Below the pieces are notes generated by a model. The model was given only the letters and a program-made list of their open reading frames with translations, was not told the origin of the DNA and made no database searches. Of a stretch of 64,000 nucleotides of DNA, positions 60,835 to 64,000 are shown in pieces. Position 1 is the first letter of the stretch. Each line of letters begins with the position of its first letter. Made by a program: the position numbers and the translations under genes. The DNA comes from an uncultured Clostridium sp. (GTDB taxonomy: Bacteria > Bacillota > Clostridia > TANB77 > CAG-508): positions 7,684-71,683 of the forward strand of contig CAZPKK010000001.1 of the NCBI GenBank assembly GCA_964587175.1. Direction: 5' to 3'.

Positions 60835-63800
60835 TTATTCTATAACATATATATTTGATGATGTATCAACATTCCTCATTGAATTCAAAGTAATAAATCC
60901 ATCTGTACTAGTATTTGCCTCATCTGTTCGTACTAATAAATGTTTTTTATCCTTTTTAGAATATGACAAATTATTTCCATCTGTTATTTTGTCCCAATGT
61001 TCAATTATTTGATCTAAATCTTTTTTTGCACTGTCTATTTCTTCTTTATCAACTATTTCTATTCTTTTTAAAATTTTATCAACTAATTTATATATTTCTT
61101 CTTTTTTGCTCTTAATATTCCCTGCAGATTCTTCATCTTTCATTTCTGGTATAAATTGTCTTACTAAGCTAACTAGAACAGCATGTAATGCTTTTTCCCT
61201 CGCCATATTCGAAAAAGGAGTTACACTTGTCGCTTCAACATATTTATAAATATTTGAATGATATGTTACAAATTGCTCATAATGTGACTTGTCTCTAGAT
61301 TTCGTTGCATTATACAAGTTAATTACTATAGACGGTGTTTTTCTACCTACTCTACTAGATGCTTGTATATATTCAGAATTCAATTTAGGTTGACCATCAA
61401 TTATCATTAAATTCAATCTGTCTATATCAATTCCAACCGAAATCATATTTGTAGCAAGCACATAATCTTGTGAGCCTCTTTCTGGATAATGTACCTCTAA
61501 TTTATGTAATATTTCGTCTATATTACTTTTCCCAGTATTTCTACTTGTTATTTCTACCGTATTATTAAAATAATATTTATTCATCTTTTCATAAGGCATT
61601 AATCTCTTAAATTTTTCTTTACTTAAGTATTTATATCTATCAATAACGTCATTTTTTATTTGTATTACTGCTCCTCCTAATTCTCTTATACTGTTAAAGT
61701 ATCCTACTTCAGTCCAAAAACTATCTATAACTTCTTGAGAATAATATTCCTTTTCTTTCAAATATCTAGTTGCATAAAATATTGCAGCATATACTCTTAC
61801 TAATAATGTAACAGGAGATATATTAGTTGATATTGTACCTATATACATTCTGGTTGCCTTTTGTTTTTCATTTCCCTCTTTAGCAAAAAATGAATCAGTA
61901 ATGTCTTTTATTTGTGTTGGAAAAATATTACTTTTCCTTGCATAAAGTGATTTGATTTGCTCATCAGCATTTCTTATTGTTGCAGTTGATGCTATTATTT
62001 TAGGTCTTATTCCCTTACTTGAGCAATATTCATCTATAATAGTTTCATACAAGCCTGATATAGTTCCAAGAGGTCCAGCAATAAGATGTAATTCATCTTG
62101 TATAATAAGCTCAGGTGGTAATATGTTCTCTTGATCTAATCCAAAAATCTTTCCTGTATCCTTTAACCAAGGTATTCTTGCATACTTATCCACTGTACTA
62201 ATTAATAAAGTAGGTCTTCGATTATATATTTCTTCATCTATAAGATATATTGGTAAATATCCACTTATCTCACATTTTCCACATTTTATAGCAATTCTAT
62301 CTGGTAAATCCAAATTGTACTGGTCAGGTTTTATTTCTTCCCCACACCACGTACATCTTTTAATTAAGCATGGATTATTTAAATACCTGCTTTGACTTTC
62401 CATATATTCTTTTATTGCTTTTTTTCCATTTTTTAAATATCTTTCTGTGTTTTCGCCTACCCATAATCCTATAGATATTTCTTCGTTTCCTAAAATATCT
62501 TCGTTTTCCTGTCTTAATAATTCACAGGCACAAATTAATGTTGATGCTCTTTCAAATTGTTGCAATGTTAATAGTCTTAATGTGTATCTCATAATTGCTA
62601 CTGTACCTATTGGTAAATTACCTTTTTGGGTTTGTTGTATTTTTCTAAAAAATATTGTGAATGCCAATATACCTAAGTATGCTTCTGTTTTTCCTCCTCC
62701 AGTTGGAAACCATAAAAGATCTACTATATCTCTATTATCGTTAGTTTTATCAATTATTCCATCCAAACTTAGTAATATAAATGCTATTTGAAATGGGTAC
62801 CATTGAGGATTTATTTGTTTTTTTGATTTTTTTCGCATTTGATTTAGCATTGCTTTATTCATAAACTGGAAAGCTTTAAATGCATCATCTTTTTGGTGCA
62901 ACATATCTATTGTGTTAACAATTCTATTATTAACCTCTTTTGCTTTTTGTATATTTTGATTTAAAATACTTTTTTCTCTTTCTGAAAGACTTTCATCTTC
63001 TTGTTGCTTCTTTAACCACTTATCATATTCTTTTGGGAGTTCTTGTAACTCTTTGTAAATACTCTCTTTATCAGAATTAGCTAAGAATTCCATTTTCCTA
63101 TATTTGTTTATTTCTGTTGTGTTTGGAATCATTTGGTATGTTGTATATTCAGGCAACACTTCCGTCCAGATTTTATTTGTTTCTTTTTTATTTTTGTCCC
63201 ACATAACAGCTGTTCCATTTCCAATTGCCAAATTGGTTCTATTTCTATATAATAGATTCAAATTTTCCATTTCATAATCATCAATTGAATTGAGTTGTAT
63301 TTGTTTTTCAATAAAAATATTTGATTCCTCAATTGAACTTATTTCCATTCTAACTTGTAAAAATGATTTTGTACATATTGATGATAATTCCTCTTCTTTT
63401 TCTGCTGTATTAGTATTTATTAAAGAAATTGTAGCTGTTTTTGTATTATCACTAAAAACTTTATATGTTATTATTCTCACTTCTAACCCTTCATCTATTT
63501 TTATTCTGCTCCCACTTTTTATCTCAGCTTCTTGTTGCCATTTTTTCGGAATCCTAGTCCATATTTGTTTACCTTCATTTGAGTATATAGCATAATCTAC
63601 ATTTATTCTTATATTCTTTACATTGTTTTTTATATTACAAGATATTCCCATTGATGATTGTCTATCTGTATTTTCAAGTTTTACACTTTCATCATCTTCA
63701 GCATTATCATCATTTTTATCTTCAATCATTTCTGGATCTTCATTTCTATATTCACTAACTCCTTGTGGATACAAAATTCCCAAACTATATGTTTTTATTG

Positions 63801-63900
63801 GAAGTTCATCTTTTATTGTTTCAAATTCTTCTACTGGTCCAACTAAATCCTTCTTCAATATATCATAAATTTCTTTTCGTGCTTGATAATATTTTTCCAT
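60835..63900 (-). CDS. Large SF2 DEAD/DEAH-box helicase (DrmA/MrfA-like), 1021 aa
   Basis: Walker A WFPTGGGKTEAYLG, DExH box LIIQDELHLIAGPLGT, motif III ASTATIRN, motif VI region ASSRVGRK. ~390-aa N-terminal extension. RBS AAGGAG. Confidence 0.75.
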   Translation of the reverse strand: MEKYYQARKEIYDILKKDLVGPVEEFETIKDELPIKTYSLGILYPQGVSEYRNEDPEMIEDKNDDNAEDDESVKLENTDRQSSMGISCNIKNNVKNIRINVDYAIYSNEGKQIWTRIPKKWQQEAEIKSGSRIKIDEGLEVRIITYKVFSDNTKTATISLINTNTAEKEEELSSICTKSFLQVRMEISSIEESNIFIEKQIQLNSIDDYEMENLNLLYRNRTNLAIGNGTAVMWDKNKKETNKIWTEVLPEYTTYQMIPNTTEINKYRKMEFLANSDKESIYKELQELPKEYDKWLKKQQEDESLSEREKSILNQNIQKAKEVNNRIVNTIDMLHQKDDAFKAFQFMNKAMLNQMRKKSKKQINPQWYPFQIAFILLSLDGIIDKTNDNRDIVDLLWFPTGGGKTEAYLGILAFTIFFRKIQQTQKGNLPIGTVAIMRYTLRLLTLQQFERASTLICACELLRQENEDILGNEEISIGLWVGENTERYLKNGKKAIKEYMESQSRYLNNPCLIKRCTWCGEEIKPDQYNLDLPDRIAIKCGKCEISGYLPIYLIDEEIYNRRPTLLISTVDKYARIPWLKDTGKIFGLDQENILPPELIIQDELHLIAGPLGTISGLYETIIDEYCSSKGIRPKIIASTATIRNADEQIKSLYARKSNIFPTQIKDITDSFFAKEGNEKQKATRMYIGTISTNISPVTLLVRVYAAIFYATRYLKEKEYYSQEVIDSFWTEVGYFNSIRELGGAVIQIKNDVIDRYKYLSKEKFKRLMPYEKMNKYYFNNTVEITSRNTGKSNIDEILHKLEVHYPERGSQDYVLATNMISVGIDIDRLNLMIIDGQPKLNSEYIQASSRVGRKTPSIVINLYNATKSRDKSHYEQFVTYHSNIYKYVEATSVTPFSNMAREKALHAVLVSLVRQFIPEMKDEESAGNIKSKKEEIYKLVDKILKRIEIVDKEEIDSAKKDLDQIIEHWDKITDGNNLSYSKKDKKHLLVRTDEANTSTDGFITLNSMRNVDTSSNIYVIE

Positions 63901-63916
63901 ATTTTACTCCTTTAAT

Positions 63917-64000
63917 TATTGTTCCATTCTAATTCTCCGAAACCTTCTAATTCTATGCCTATCCACATTCCAGTTTTCGCATATATATTCTGTATTTCAC
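63917..64000 (-). CDS. 3'-end of an upstream gene in the same operon (truncated by window edge)
   Basis: Open frame ...EIQNIYAKTGMWIGIELEGFGELEWNNN* ending 15 nt before the helicase RBS. Confidence 0.3.

Overview
This is a very AT-rich, low-GC Firmicute (Clostridia-like) chromosomal segment. Positions 1-43,000 hold mostly core and sporulation genes. Positions 43,000-64,000 form a defence island.

Core region, in order: exodeoxyribonuclease III, a SleB-like hydrolase, a LemA/HtpX pair, TatD, AcpS, SpoIIE, two giant surface proteins in tandem, the cell-shape cluster radC-mreBCD-PBP2-minC, a MecA-like adaptor, an M23 peptidase, two CotF-like spore-coat genes, anaerobic ribonucleotide reductase nrdD-nrdG plus a second NrdD-like paralog, a Crp/Fnr regulator, TspO, an SDR oxidoreductase and a DUF2207 protein.

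Defence island:
- A type II-C-like CRISPR-Cas locus: a 10-repeat array whose repeats carry extended -10 promoters, then cas2, cas1 and a frameshifted cas9, with a candidate tracrRNA upstream of cas9.
- A pseudogenised GNAT gene and a 2H phosphoesterase.
- A stand-alone fusion of a primase-polymerase-like domain to an SF2 helicase.
- A Schlafen/AlbA_2-type ATPase cassette flanked by direct repeats.
- A DISARM-like operon: SF2 helicase, DUF1998 protein, NERD-nuclease/UvrD-like helicase fusion and C5-cytosine methyltransferase. The NERD-helicase sits where the PLD nuclease DrmC normally would. A further upstream gene runs off the window edge.

All calls are from reading the sequence and ORF translations. 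No database search was possible.
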